From the sequence record SRR2962707_3000: a DNA stretch of 32,343 nt, one strand, 5' to 3'. The position numbers were made by a program, and so were the translations under genes. The notes below the pieces were generated by a model that searched no databases, had not been told where the DNA came from, and saw only the letters and a program-made list of their open reading frames with translations. Shown here piece after piece: positions 17,890-27,176 of this stretch (its first letter is position 1; each line of letters starts with the position of its first letter).

Positions 17890-19319
17890 TTTTTTTTATT
17901 GTTTTTTGCTAATCCTATGCTAATAAACACAATCGCCGCGCTAATTATTCCATAAAGGTTTGGATCAAGTCCAAACCACTGAATTTTCAGTAATGTCAAA
18001 GTAGTGGTCACCACCCCTCCCAGAAGCATTGCAATAAAGGCTCCTAATTTCGTAGCTCTTTTCCAGTAGAATGCCCCAATAATTGGAACAAACAAACCGG
18101 AAACCATGAATGCATAAGAGAACAGCATGGCCTCCAGTACATTCTCCAAAGATAACGCTACCACCAAAGCGATCACACCTAAAACCAATGTGGCTAACTG
18201 AGATGATCTCAGTGATTTCCTGTCCATCTCCTCAAGTCCTTTGTCTTTAAACCGAAGAATATCGGTTAGAAATGAACCGGATGATGCCATCAGGCAGCTA
18301 TCAGCAGTAGACATAACAGCCGAAAAGTATGCTGCCAAGACCAACCCCATCAATCCATGCGGAAGAACCGTACGGAGCAATACGGGCAACCCAAGCTCGG
18401 GATCCATATCTACATTGGCCGCATACCCAACCACTTCAAAAATCCCCTGCTCATAAGCCACTCTTCCAAACAATCCCAGAATAACGCCTAAGAAGGCCAT
18501 GAGAGGCCATTCGAAAAGTCCAGCGATAAACCAGGCTTTCTTAGCCTGCTTTTCACCTCTACTTGCAAATATCCGTTGGTAGAGCGTCATCCCCACAAAC
18601 CAGATTGGTATGATAGTGATTGCCCAATTGACTAAGTCACGCCAGGTTAAGTTCGTAAGCGTCAGATAATCTTTATTTACGATGGCTTTAACAGCTGGTA
18701 ACCCACCAATCGCATCAAACGCAAATGGAATACCAGCAAAAAGTAAACCAGCCATGAGTATGATCCACTGAACTGTATCGGTGTAAATCACGGCCTTTAA
18801 ACCACCCAGAATCGTATACCCAACTGCGACTACTCCCATTAATAACACAGCATTAGTGAATGAAAAGCCTTCGAACGTCCCCGTTGCAAGTTTAGCACCT
18901 GCAATAATTTGAGAACTGGTAAACCCCAGGTAACCAACGGTTGTAATAACTCCTGCCAGTATGGCCACATGCTTGCCATAGAAGTGTTCAAAAATCTGAG
19001 GCAGGGTGGTCATTTTTTGAATACCCGGGAGTTGGTAAACTTTAGGTATCAATAGCACGGCAGCCATCCAGGCTCCAATCAGTCCTGTGAAGAGCAACCA
19101 TGACCCGGAAAGTCCCATTGTGAAACCCAGACCTCCTAAACCGATGGAAAAGCCACCTCCAACATCTGTGGCAACAACAGATAAGCCGATGTGCCAGCTG
19201 GAAACATTTCTTCCAGCCACGTAATAATCATCACTGGTTTTATTCTTTCGGTAGAAATAAAGTCCGACGAGAAAAACCAAAACAACGTAAATAGCAAAAA
19301 TTGCTATGTCCAGTATCAC
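17886..19319 (-). CDS. Sodium:solute symporter family transporter
   Basis: About 13 hydrophobic segments; DYYVAGR, YTILGGLKAVIYTD and SAVMSTADS motifs; GTG start. Confidence 0.92.
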   Translation of the reverse strand: MILDIAIFAIYVVLVFLVGLYFYRKNKTSDDYYVAGRNVSSWHIGLSVVATDVGGGFSIGLGGLGFTMGLSGSWLLFTGLIGAWMAAVLLIPKVYQLPGIQKMTTLPQIFEHFYGKHVAILAGVITTVGYLGFTSSQIIAGAKLATGTFEGFSFTNAVLLMGVVAVGYTILGGLKAVIYTDTVQWIILMAGLLFAGIPFAFDAIGGLPAVKAIVNKDYLTLTNLTWRDLVNWAITIIPIWFVGMTLYQRIFASRGEKQAKKAWFIAGLFEWPLMAFLGVILGLFGRVAYEQGIFEVVGYAANVDMDPELGLPVLLRTVLPHGLMGLVLAAYFSAVMSTADSCLMASSGSFLTDILRFKDKGLEEMDRKSLRSSQLATLVLGVIALVVALSLENVLEAMLFSYAFMVSGLFVPIIGAFYWKRATKLGAFIAMLLGGVVTTTLTLLKIQWFGLDPNLYGIISAAIVFISIGLAKNNKKK

Positions 19320-19421
19320 CTAAAACTCCTTTCTTTTAGGGAGTGAGTGCAACGATTAATTAGGGTTTTTTGGTTTTTAGTAAAGAAGATAACTTCTTGT
19401 CGTTTTGGTTTAATTGAGTGG

Positions 19422-19429
19422 CAAAAGTA
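19422..19429 (-). promoter_or_regulatory. Sigma-A -7 element for the symporter-GNAT-amidohydrolase-racemase operon
   Basis: Reverse complement TACTTTTG about 100 nt upstream of the GTG. Confidence 0.55.
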
Positions 19430-19503
19430 AAACAAGGATCACCCTCATGAAAGTTTTACAGCCATTATCCCATTCTTTTCCAGAATATGATGAGATTTAG
19501 GAC

Positions 19504-20385
19504 ATGAAATATGTGTTCATGCTATTTGTTGCTTGCGTATGCATTTCATCATGCGCTCCACTAAGCAAAAGTCAAATCAAAATGTCTCACAATTACTTTG
19601 AGGCAATAGCCAATTACCCGCGTTATTATCGGGAGTTAAATGTACGTGTGGCTGATTTGGATCTTGAAGCTAAAAACCTGAAAAGTTCGCTTCATAATTC
19701 AGATTCTTTACGGATCGCAACGATTGTTTCGTCGATCCACGAATATGAAAGTGCAATGAAAATACCGGACAGTATATTGGTGCATTCCAAAATGGTTGAT
19801 AGATATATCCAGAATTACTATCTCTTAATACCAAATGGATTCAGTGTTTATCGTGCATTAAAAGGAACAACCGAAACAATTGGGGGAATCTTTGGTCTGG
19901 GGGGACTTGTGAGTGGGGTCTTACCTAATAATGTAAACGGACTGAATCCAACCAAGAAGAGAAAAATACAGGCTCATGTTCTCAATTCAGAAGAACAACT
20001 AATAAGTTCATTGAAAACATTGCAGAATTACATCAATACCTCCTACCTACCACGGTTGAACCAGATAGACAAGGAGTCGATAGCCAATTTTGAAATCCTG
20101 CTGGCTAGTATTAACCATAAGACCCCTCCTTTGGAATATTATACAAAACACAACCGTATGCTTACTGAATTCTACCAGAGGTTATATCACACAAAAAACC
20201 TTGTGAAAAAACTCTCAATAGCCATTGACACTTTTATAATGGTGGAGCAGGAAATAACCAAAAGCTTTCAGGAAAGGGAAAAAGTAAACCTGGAGGAATC
20301 GCATATGAATGAGCTCATCAACGATATGCAGCGGATTAATATCCTTATCCTTGACTTGAATGATAGAAGGGATTCATTCAATTAA
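19504..20385 (+). CDS. Hypothetical lipoprotein, alpha-helical
   Basis: Hydrophobic signal ending in ISSC lipobox-like sequence; 293-aa ORF followed by a terminator. Confidence 0.75.
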   Translation: MKYVFMLFVACVCISSCAPLSKSQIKMSHNYFEAIANYPRYYRELNVRVADLDLEAKNLKSSLHNSDSLRIATIVSSIHEYESAMKIPDSILVHSKMVDRYIQNYYLLIPNGFSVYRALKGTTETIGGIFGLGGLVSGVLPNNVNGLNPTKKRKIQAHVLNSEEQLISSLKTLQNYINTSYLPRLNQIDKESIANFEILLASINHKTPPLEYYTKHNRMLTEFYQRLYHTKNLVKKLSIAIDTFIMVEQEITKSFQEREKVNLEESHMNELINDMQRINILILDLNDRRDSFN

Positions 20386-20400
20386 AAAAATATTTATACA

Positions 20401-20432
20401 AAAAGCCACTCTGTCTTAACAGAATGGCTTTT
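20401..20432. terminator. Bidirectional intrinsic terminator
   Basis: AAAAGCCA-c-TCTGT-ctta-ACAGA-a-TGGCTTTT hairpin between convergent genes. Confidence 0.8.
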
Positions 20433-20446
20433 ATCATTCTTCCAAC

Positions 20447-21082
20447 CTATATTTCAGTAAAGCGAAATACTGGTTCAAGCTGATCAATATTCGAGTAAGC
20501 AACATCCAAGTCGATGATCTTACCATCTTCCAGTGAATACACCCATCCATGTATTTCCAACTCTCTATTCTTCCATGCTTTTTGCACTATTGAAGTCTTT
20601 GCCAAATTGTGAACCTGTTCTATAACATTAAGCTCCACCATCTTCTTTTCCTTTGCTTCAGGATCTTTAATGGCATCCAGGGTTTTGATATTATTCTGAT
20701 AAATGTCCTTAATGTAAGCAAGCCATCTTCCAATTAACCCAACATATTTAGTGTCCATAGCGGCTTTTACACCCCCACAACCATAGTGTCCGCAAACAAT
20801 GATATGTTTCACATGCAGGTATTCGACAGCATATTGCAATACGCTTAACATGTTGGTATCCGAATGCACGACTTGATTTGCAATATTTCTGTGAACAAAG
20901 ATTTCTCCTGATTCTGTACCGGTTATTTCATTCGCAGGCACCCGACTATCAGAACAACCAATCCATAAGAATTCCGGAGTTTGACCTTTTGCTAGCTTTT
21001 TAAAAAAATCCTTGTCCAAATTCAGTTTTTCCTGAATCCACTTTTCATTTCCTTTAATCAGTCGTTCGTACGATGCTTTCAT
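20447..21082 (-). CDS. can: Beta-class carbonic anhydrase
   Basis: WIGCSDSRV, FVHRNIAN, CGHYGCGGV zinc ligands; ATG at 21082 (MKASYERL). Confidence 0.93.
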   Translation of the reverse strand: MKASYERLIKGNEKWIQEKLNLDKDFFKKLAKGQTPEFLWIGCSDSRVPANEITGTESGEIFVHRNIANQVVHSDTNMLSVLQYAVEYLHVKHIIVCGHYGCGGVKAAMDTKYVGLIGRWLAYIKDIYQNNIKTLDAIKDPEAKEKKMVELNVIEQVHNLAKTSIVQKAWKNRELEIHGWVYSLEDGKIIDLDVAYSNIDQLEPVFRFTEI

Positions 21083-21281
21083 ATTCTTGAATTGTAGTTG
21101 TTTATTAGTGTGAAATCTAAATGAATAATACCCCAAGTTAGACTTCAACCCGGAGTTATCATAAAAAAAGATTAATTAACCATTAATGTAAAATAATATA
21201 ACTATTTCAATAAAATTCGTTCTATTTGCGTCAGGATTCATCACTAATTATTAATCTTCTCATAATAAAAATGTTGGATCC

Positions 21282-21316
21282 GGACCGCTTCGGCCCAACG
21301 GAGCGGTTCTTTTTTT
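21282..21316 (+). terminator. Intrinsic terminator oriented for a + strand transcript
   Basis: GGACCGCTTCG/CGGAGCGGTTC 11-bp stem with G-U pairs on +, followed by T7. Confidence 0.6.
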
Positions 21317-21563
21317 ATCTCAATCGTTGCTCCCAAAGAAATGCTCTTCTCTCTGACTCGATCCTTTTTATCATTTCAGGATCTCCAAACAACTCATGCT
21401 CAGGACTTTGCGAAGTAAAATGCCAATTTCCGCATTCCTCGCATTTATACACATTGATAGGTCCTTGTCCTTTTTTGTAATCATTTCTGATATGATGCTG
21501 TATCAAAGCCTCTTCAGCTAAAGTATGACTATCAAACGAACGCTTGCCTGATGAACATTTCAC
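21315..21563 (-). CDS. Small hypothetical protein with Cys/His zinc-binding-like motif
   Basis: N-terminal C..GKR.F and YKCEECGNWHFTS; 1-nt overlap with the rhodanese stop. Confidence 0.75.
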   Translation of the reverse strand: MKCSSGKRSFDSHTLAEEALIQHHIRNDYKKGQGPINVYKCEECGNWHFTSQSPEHELFGDPEMIKRIESERRAFLWEQRLR

Positions 21564-21937
21564 TACTTCTCAATTTCTAACCCTTTGGAAGACCAGTCCC
21601 TGATACCGCCTGAGTAATCATAAATTTGCTCAAAACCTGCATCCTTCAGCATTTTTGCAGCCTTTGCACTTCTACCCCCGCTGGCGCAATGAATGATAAT
21701 GGGTTCATCTACTCCTTCTTTTTTCATCTTATCCACAAAACCATCCTGCAAAAAATCTATATGAATTACATCAGGTATATGTCCCTGATCAAACTCACTT
21801 TTTGTTCGAATATCTACCACCTTAACTCCTTGATTTCTTAATTCAACAAGCTTTTCAGCACTTATCACCTCCACAGCTTGTTGCCCTGACATGGAGCAGG
21901 ACAGCATTACAAATAAAAAATATATTACTCTGTTCAT
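21563..21937 (-). CDS. Rhodanese-like domain lipoprotein
   Basis: VVDIRT..EF.QGHIP, HCASGGRS active-site loop, GGIRDW; signal ending in MLSC; start uncertain (ATG 21937 chosen). Confidence 0.88.
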   Translation of the reverse strand: MNRVIYFLFVMLSCSMSGQQAVEVISAEKLVELRNQGVKVVDIRTKSEFDQGHIPDVIHIDFLQDGFVDKMKKEGVDEPIIIHCASGGRSAKAAKMLKDAGFEQIYDYSGGIRDWSSKGLEIEK

Positions 21938-22079
21938 CGTATTATTTAATAAGTTCATGAAAATACAATCCAAAAATCAGGCTTTATACGTAGAAAACGG
22001 CTAGCAACTAATACATATATTAGCCCCAATAAACATTTGGATCGAATTTTGATTTAACCAGTATTAAGAGCATAAAATT

Positions 22080-22613
22080 ATGAAAACCATCTTTTTAAGC
22101 GTACTTATTCTCATTTCTACCTGTGCACTTGCACAAGATGAAGAACGATTGGACGAAAAAATAGATAGAATCACGTACGATTGGGACTTAGAGGCTGACA
22201 AGCTTTCCTCCTATGAAGGATTACAGCAGTTGTGCCTAGATGAGGCTTACAGAACCAAAATCCTCACACTACTGGATGAAATTCATCACTATGATTCTGT
22301 ATTGTATGATGTCCTACTGAAACTATCCAAAACCAGTAACGACAATGAGATCAAAAAGACGATTAAGGACATCAAAAAATTTGAGGAAGAATACGACACA
22401 CAAAGCTTCATTGCCTTTATGAGCGATGAGTGCAAGGCAATGAGGGACATTGAAAATCACGCAGATGAAACCGCCAATGAAGTAGGTTATAACTCCTATG
22501 ATGGGCAAGTATACTTGCTGGAAACCGAGCTTTTCAAGTATGTGAAGCACGTAACAGCCAGGGTAGATAAAATCAGGCTTCACGTGCATCACTTGAGCAA
22601 GCATTATAATTAA
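22080..22613 (+). CDS. Hypothetical secreted alpha-helical protein
   Basis: Signal peptide ending ALA|Q, typical of Bacteroidota; 177-aa ORF. Confidence 0.75.
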   Translation: MKTIFLSVLILISTCALAQDEERLDEKIDRITYDWDLEADKLSSYEGLQQLCLDEAYRTKILTLLDEIHHYDSVLYDVLLKLSKTSNDNEIKKTIKDIKKFEEEYDTQSFIAFMSDECKAMRDIENHADETANEVGYNSYDGQVYLLETELFKYVKHVTARVDKIRLHVHHLSKHYN

Positions 22614-23140
22614 GTTAGCTTCTCAGAAAATACTTTTTTAAACTTTTCAACCTTGGGAGCTACAACAAAAGCACAGTAAGGCTGACTTCCATTTTCATTG
22701 AAATAGTTGTCATGATCCGTCTCTGCTGGATAAAAATTATCATTCAGTGGAGAAATCTCCGTTACAATCGGATCTGGCCATATTTTCGACTCATTGAGCT
22801 TTAGCTTGTATGCTTCAGCCAACTCTTTCTGCTTCTCATTATGGTAAAATACAACAGATCTATACTGTGTGCCCACATCGTTCCCTTGTCTGTTTAAGGT
22901 CGTAGGATCATGAGTCTTCCAGAAAACCTCCAACAGCTCATCATAAGAAATGATTTCAGGGTCGTAATCAAATTGTATCACTTCCGCATGCCCCGTTTTT
23001 CCAGAACATACTTCCTTATAAGACGGATTTTTAGTGGAACCACCAGCATATCCGGATTTGACATTTAACACGCCCTTTAATCGCTGAAACATCGCTTCAG
23101 TGCACCAAAAACAACCGGAACCAAACGTAGCTTTTTCCAT
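22610..23140 (-). CDS. msrA: Peptide-methionine (S)-S-oxide reductase
   Basis: GCFWC, TGHAE, HDPTTLNRQGNDVGTQYRS. Confidence 0.96.
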   Translation of the reverse strand: MEKATFGSGCFWCTEAMFQRLKGVLNVKSGYAGGSTKNPSYKEVCSGKTGHAEVIQFDYDPEIISYDELLEVFWKTHDPTTLNRQGNDVGTQYRSVVFYHNEKQKELAEAYKLKLNESKIWPDPIVTEISPLNDNFYPAETDHDNYFNENGSQPYCAFVVAPKVEKFKKVFSEKLT

Positions 23141-23159
23141 ACTTTAAATATTAGATTGG

Positions 23160-23167
23160 CAAATCTA
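23160..23167 (-). promoter_or_regulatory. Sigma-A -7 element for msrA
   Basis: Reverse complement TAGATTTG, 19 nt upstream of the ATG. Confidence 0.55.
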
Positions 23168-23244
23168 ACTTCTTAGTGAATCATTTAGTTCCTATGTCCA
23201 TTCACTAGTATTGAATTATTAATTTAGTCCGCTAATCTATCAAT

Positions 23245-24468
23245 ATGGAGTATTACATCATCATTGCTTCTTCAATCATTATCATTCTTTCTTATCTATT
23301 CAACCGGATATCGGAGAAGTCCAATATCCCTTCTGTCTTACTTCTTATTTTTCTTGGGGTAGTTGGCAGAGAAGTTATTGGTTTGTTTGGTGTAGAAAAA
23401 GAAACCATTCTTGATATATTCACTCGAATTAGAATACTTGAAGTGCTTGGAACACTGGGACTTATACTCATCGTTCTGGAAGCTGCTCTTGAGCTGAAGA
23501 TTGCCAGGGATAAGTTTAAATTGATAGCAAAATCCTTTGTGATCGCCCTTGTTGGGCTGATGGTTTGCATGTTTGGTATTGCGACCATCCTTACCTTTTC
23601 ATTTAAGGATATGGGATGGTCTACAGCCCTTGTATATGCGACTCCCCTCTCTATTATCAGTAGCGCCATTGTGATCCCTTCCGTGGCAAACCTTAGCGAG
23701 GAAAATGAAGAATTTCACATCTATGAAAGTACTTTCTCAGATATCCTGGGGATTATGGTTTTTTATTTTCTGGTTGAATTGGCAGAGCCGACAAACAACA
23801 ATGTGATTGTCCTCGGAGATTTTACTTTCAGCCTGGTCATAACCATCATCACATCAGTCATTCTCTCTTATGTGCTCATCTATATATTCCAAAACATGGA
23901 AGCGAAGGTGAAGCTGTTTCTGATGATCGGAGTGCTGTTCCTTTTGTTTAGTATCGGTAAGCTCATGCACCTTTCCTCGCTACTTATTATCCTGGTTTTT
24001 GGCCTGATCCTAAACAATTACAAAATCTTTTTTGTAGGCAAACTTCGAAAGTATCTACGCCCGATGGCGATAGAGAATATCAGGGAGACATTTTTGATGA
24101 TTACGATTGAGTCCGCATTTGTCGTCCGGACGTTTTTCTTTGTCATCTTTGGTTTTTCTATCGCATTATCAACGTTATATGATGTCAAAGTGGCCATTAT
24201 TAGTGCTGCCATTATTGCGACGATTTACATTAGCCGTTTTGTCTCCTTTTTACCGTACAAACACGAAAATCTGAAACGAGCCATAGCGATTGGGCCCAGA
24301 GGCTTGATTACCCTGCTCCTGTTTTACTCCATCCCTGAAGAATTTGAATATGAGGGTTTTAAAACTGGTATTCTGCTTTTCGTTATCATTGTGACCAGCC
24401 TCGTCATGACTTCCGGCCTGATGAAGAAGGATAAGAAAAAGGAAGAGGAAATTTCAGAAGTTGAATAA
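23245..24468 (+). CDS. Cation:proton antiporter family protein
   Basis: Polytopic membrane protein with ISSAIVIP, ESTFSDILG and GPRGL motifs. Confidence 0.85.
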   Translation: MEYYIIIASSIIIILSYLFNRISEKSNIPSVLLLIFLGVVGREVIGLFGVEKETILDIFTRIRILEVLGTLGLILIVLEAALELKIARDKFKLIAKSFVIALVGLMVCMFGIATILTFSFKDMGWSTALVYATPLSIISSAIVIPSVANLSEENEEFHIYESTFSDILGIMVFYFLVELAEPTNNNVIVLGDFTFSLVITIITSVILSYVLIYIFQNMEAKVKLFLMIGVLFLLFSIGKLMHLSSLLIILVFGLILNNYKIFFVGKLRKYLRPMAIENIRETFLMITIESAFVVRTFFFVIFGFSIALSTLYDVKVAIISAAIIATIYISRFVSFLPYKHENLKRAIAIGPRGLITLLLFYSIPEEFEYEGFKTGILLFVIIVTSLVMTSGLMKKDKKKEEEISEVE

Positions 24469-24495
24469 CTTTAAACACCTAGACACAAATCAAGG

Positions 24496-24954
24496 ATGAA
24501 GAAGCTTAACGCACTCGCCCAAAAAGGACAGATCAATGAGAATGCCAGCATAAGAGACTCGCACTCCACTATCATCAATGCTGATGTTAATAAGGTGTGG
24601 GATATCCTTGTAAACATGGAAGAGTGGCCGAATTGGATGCAGGATGTAAAAAAAGTAACGGTAGAAGGAAATAAGGTTGAAGTGGGTACAGTCTTTAAGT
24701 GGATACAGGGAAGAGCACACGGCACTTCAGAAATACAGGCATTTAAGAAGCCTAATACTTTTGCATGGACAAGCAAGGCAAGTATGGTAAAACGTATTTA
24801 CGTCTGGTCGCTTGAATCAGATGAAGGACAAACCATCGCTACAGTAAGCGCTTCTTTTCAGGGAATAATGGTCGTTTTAGCCCAGAACCACCAGAAAGTT
24901 TATAACGAATTGCTAAACTGGCTGGAGGCTCTGAAAAACAAGGCAGAGGAGTAG
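24496..24954 (+). CDS. SRPBCC (START-like) family protein
   Basis: INADVNKVWDILVNMEEWPNW and C-terminal WLEALKNKAE helix. Confidence 0.85.
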   Translation: MKKLNALAQKGQINENASIRDSHSTIINADVNKVWDILVNMEEWPNWMQDVKKVTVEGNKVEVGTVFKWIQGRAHGTSEIQAFKKPNTFAWTSKASMVKRIYVWSLESDEGQTIATVSASFQGIMVVLAQNHQKVYNELLNWLEALKNKAEE

Positions 24955-24956
24955 TC

Positions 24957-25679
24957 TTACTCCCCGTCCGTTTTTGGTTTTGTTAGTTCTCTCAGCTGCT
25001 GTTGAACTATCTGAAAACCTGGTTGCATTTCTAATACTTCAAGGTATTTCGCCTTAGCACCTTCAATGTCTCCTTTGTCTTCCATGATCATTGCCTTCAC
25101 CCGGTGAGCAGCTACCCTGAGTTTAACTTCCTGTCCTTTCTTATCGGTTGTAGGAAAACGAATGGTTTGCTCATCTGATTGAGGATCACCAATAATGATA
25201 TCAAGAGATGTATTTGATTCCGCATATCTATCCAGTTCAAATTGAAGAAAAGCAATCTTGTAGAGGGTGTTGATGTTCCCATTTGCCAGGTATAGCTTCT
25301 CGTAATTGTTCAGCGCACGGTCTTTAGCTCCCAAATTATCAAACCCTGTTGCAGCTATTTCCATAGCAAACTGATTCTGAGCATTGATTCTAAGTGACTG
25401 CTGAGCGACCAATGCAGCAGATGCATTCTGGTTATACTGCAGATACAATAGCGCAAGTGAATCGTAAAGTGCGGAATTGCCTGGATTCTCCGCCATCAAG
25501 CTGTAAAGTGCGGTACGTGCGACCACTGGGTCATTAAACATTTTGGCTGTATTGTATATAAATGACTGCTTTCTTAGCTCCCACGGAATGGAATCGCCCG
25601 GCACTATTTCCTGACTTTGTCCATTTGCAAATCCAACAGTTATAACAGCAAGTAAAAAGAGTAGTTTTTTCATATTCAT
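24957..25679 (-). CDS. Secreted tetratricopeptide-repeat protein
   Basis: Signal peptide ending ANG|Q; TPR-like helical repeats. Confidence 0.75.
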   Translation of the reverse strand: MNMKKLLFLLAVITVGFANGQSQEIVPGDSIPWELRKQSFIYNTAKMFNDPVVARTALYSLMAENPGNSALYDSLALLYLQYNQNASAALVAQQSLRINAQNQFAMEIAATGFDNLGAKDRALNNYEKLYLANGNINTLYKIAFLQFELDRYAESNTSLDIIIGDPQSDEQTIRFPTTDKKGQEVKLRVAAHRVKAMIMEDKGDIEGAKAKYLEVLEMQPGFQIVQQQLRELTKPKTDGE

Positions 25680-25697
25680 CGTTTATCTAACAGCGTG

Positions 25698-25705
25698 CAA
25701 ACATA
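25698..25705 (-). promoter_or_regulatory. Sigma-A -7 element for the TPR gene
   Basis: Reverse complement TATGTTTG, 18 nt upstream of the ATG. Confidence 0.5.
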
Positions 25706-25706
25706 G

Positions 25707-27155
25707 TTATTTGTCTTTGGAGGCTGAAATGTATTTATCCCTGGCAATAAGCCCATGTTTTTTACCAATTTTTAACATTAAATCGAAGGCTTCCTTTTCA
25801 TTGTTTTTGATTCTGCCATCAAGAATAGCATCCTTGATCTCCGTCTTGATATCACCAATGATCCTGGAAGGCTTTATGTCAAACACTTCAATAATCTGAT
25901 CCCCTGACACAGGCGGATGAAAGTTCATGATACGGTCCCTCTCCTCTACCTCTTTGATCTTTTTTTCGACCTTTTTGAAATTGCCCCGGTAGCGCTTTAC
26001 CCGTTCCGGATTCTTGGAGGTCACGTCCGCTTTGCAAAGCGTCATCAAGTCACCCACATCCTCTCCTGCCTCAAATACCATTCTACGTACCGCAGAGTCT
26101 GTCACCTTATCGTTTACCAGAGCGATAGGCCTTAAATGAAGCCTGACCAGCTTTTGCACATACTTCATGCGCTCATCCAGTGGTAGTTTAAGCTTCTTAA
26201 AGATCTTCGGTACCCACTTAGCGCCTAAGTCTTCATGGCCATGAAACGTCCAACCCACTTTTTCATTGAAACGCTGAGTGGCGGGCTTGGCGATATCGTG
26301 CAGAATAGCTGCCCACCTGAGCCACAGGTCATCTGTCATCTCGCAGATATTGTCAAGCACCTGCAGTGTATGGTAAAAATTATCCTTATGCCCTTTACCA
26401 TTGATCTTTTCTACGCCCTGTAGATCGACCATCTCCGGAAAAATCCGTTTAAGCAAGCCGCTATGGAACAGCAATTGAAAACCATAAGAAGGTTTATCCG
26501 TCATGATGATTTTGTTCAGTTCATCCGTGATGCGTTCCTGAGATATGATTGAAATGCGATCTACATGCTGGATAATACCATCAAACGTGTCCGGCTCAAT
26601 GTCAAAATGAAGCTGCGTAGCAAACCGGATCGCACGAAGCATTCTGAGTGGATCATCGGAAAAGGTAATACCCGGCTCCAATGGCGTTCGCATGAGCATA
26701 TTTCGAATGTCTTCCATCCCATTGAATGGGTCGATTAGCTCCCCATAATTAGCTTCATTCAGGCTGATCGCCATGGCATTGATCGTGAAGTCTCGCCTGT
26801 TTTGGTCGTCTTCCAGCGTGCCATCTTCCACTACAGGATTTCGTGAATCCTTGCGGTAAGATTCCTTTCTGGCCCCCACGAATTCATACTCAAATCCATT
26901 ATGATGAATGGCCGCCGTGCCAAAATTTTTAAATGTGGAAAGCTTTGCATCCTTACCAAGGGATTCTGCAACTTCCTTTGCCAGTTCTATACCACTGCCA
27001 ACACACACAAAGTCAATATCTTTGGAAGGTCGGTTAAGAATAAGGTCGCGCACATATCCACCCACCACATAAACATCTATTCCCAATGCTTTGGCAGCTC
27101 GAGAGACCGTAGAAAAGATGGACAGGGAGCCTAAGTGATCCTTGTAAGTGGGCAT
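25707..27155 (-). CDS. cca: CCA tRNA nucleotidyltransferase / poly(A) polymerase family with HD domain
   Basis: VVGGYVRD, DIDF, RRDFTINAMA, DDPLRMLRAIRF, LHDIAK; ATG at 27155. Confidence 0.88.
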   Translation of the reverse strand: MPTYKDHLGSLSIFSTVSRAAKALGIDVYVVGGYVRDLILNRPSKDIDFVCVGSGIELAKEVAESLGKDAKLSTFKNFGTAAIHHNGFEYEFVGARKESYRKDSRNPVVEDGTLEDDQNRRDFTINAMAISLNEANYGELIDPFNGMEDIRNMLMRTPLEPGITFSDDPLRMLRAIRFATQLHFDIEPDTFDGIIQHVDRISIISQERITDELNKIIMTDKPSYGFQLLFHSGLLKRIFPEMVDLQGVEKINGKGHKDNFYHTLQVLDNICEMTDDLWLRWAAILHDIAKPATQRFNEKVGWTFHGHEDLGAKWVPKIFKKLKLPLDERMKYVQKLVRLHLRPIALVNDKVTDSAVRRMVFEAGEDVGDLMTLCKADVTSKNPERVKRYRGNFKKVEKKIKEVEERDRIMNFHPPVSGDQIIEVFDIKPSRIIGDIKTEIKDAILDGRIKNNEKEAFDLMLKIGKKHGLIARDKYISASKDK

Positions 27156-27159
27156 GATG

Positions 27160-27167
27160 CAAAGATA
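27160..27167 (-). promoter_or_regulatory. Sigma-A -7 element for cca (near-leaderless)
   Basis: Reverse complement TATCTTTG, 4 nt upstream of the ATG. Confidence 0.6.
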
Positions 27168-27176
27168 GTTTTTCAA

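Noticed and set aside
21226-21480. 84-aa + strand ORF
   Set aside because: TTG start within the putative promoter, runs through a terminator, and is antisense to a more credible gene.
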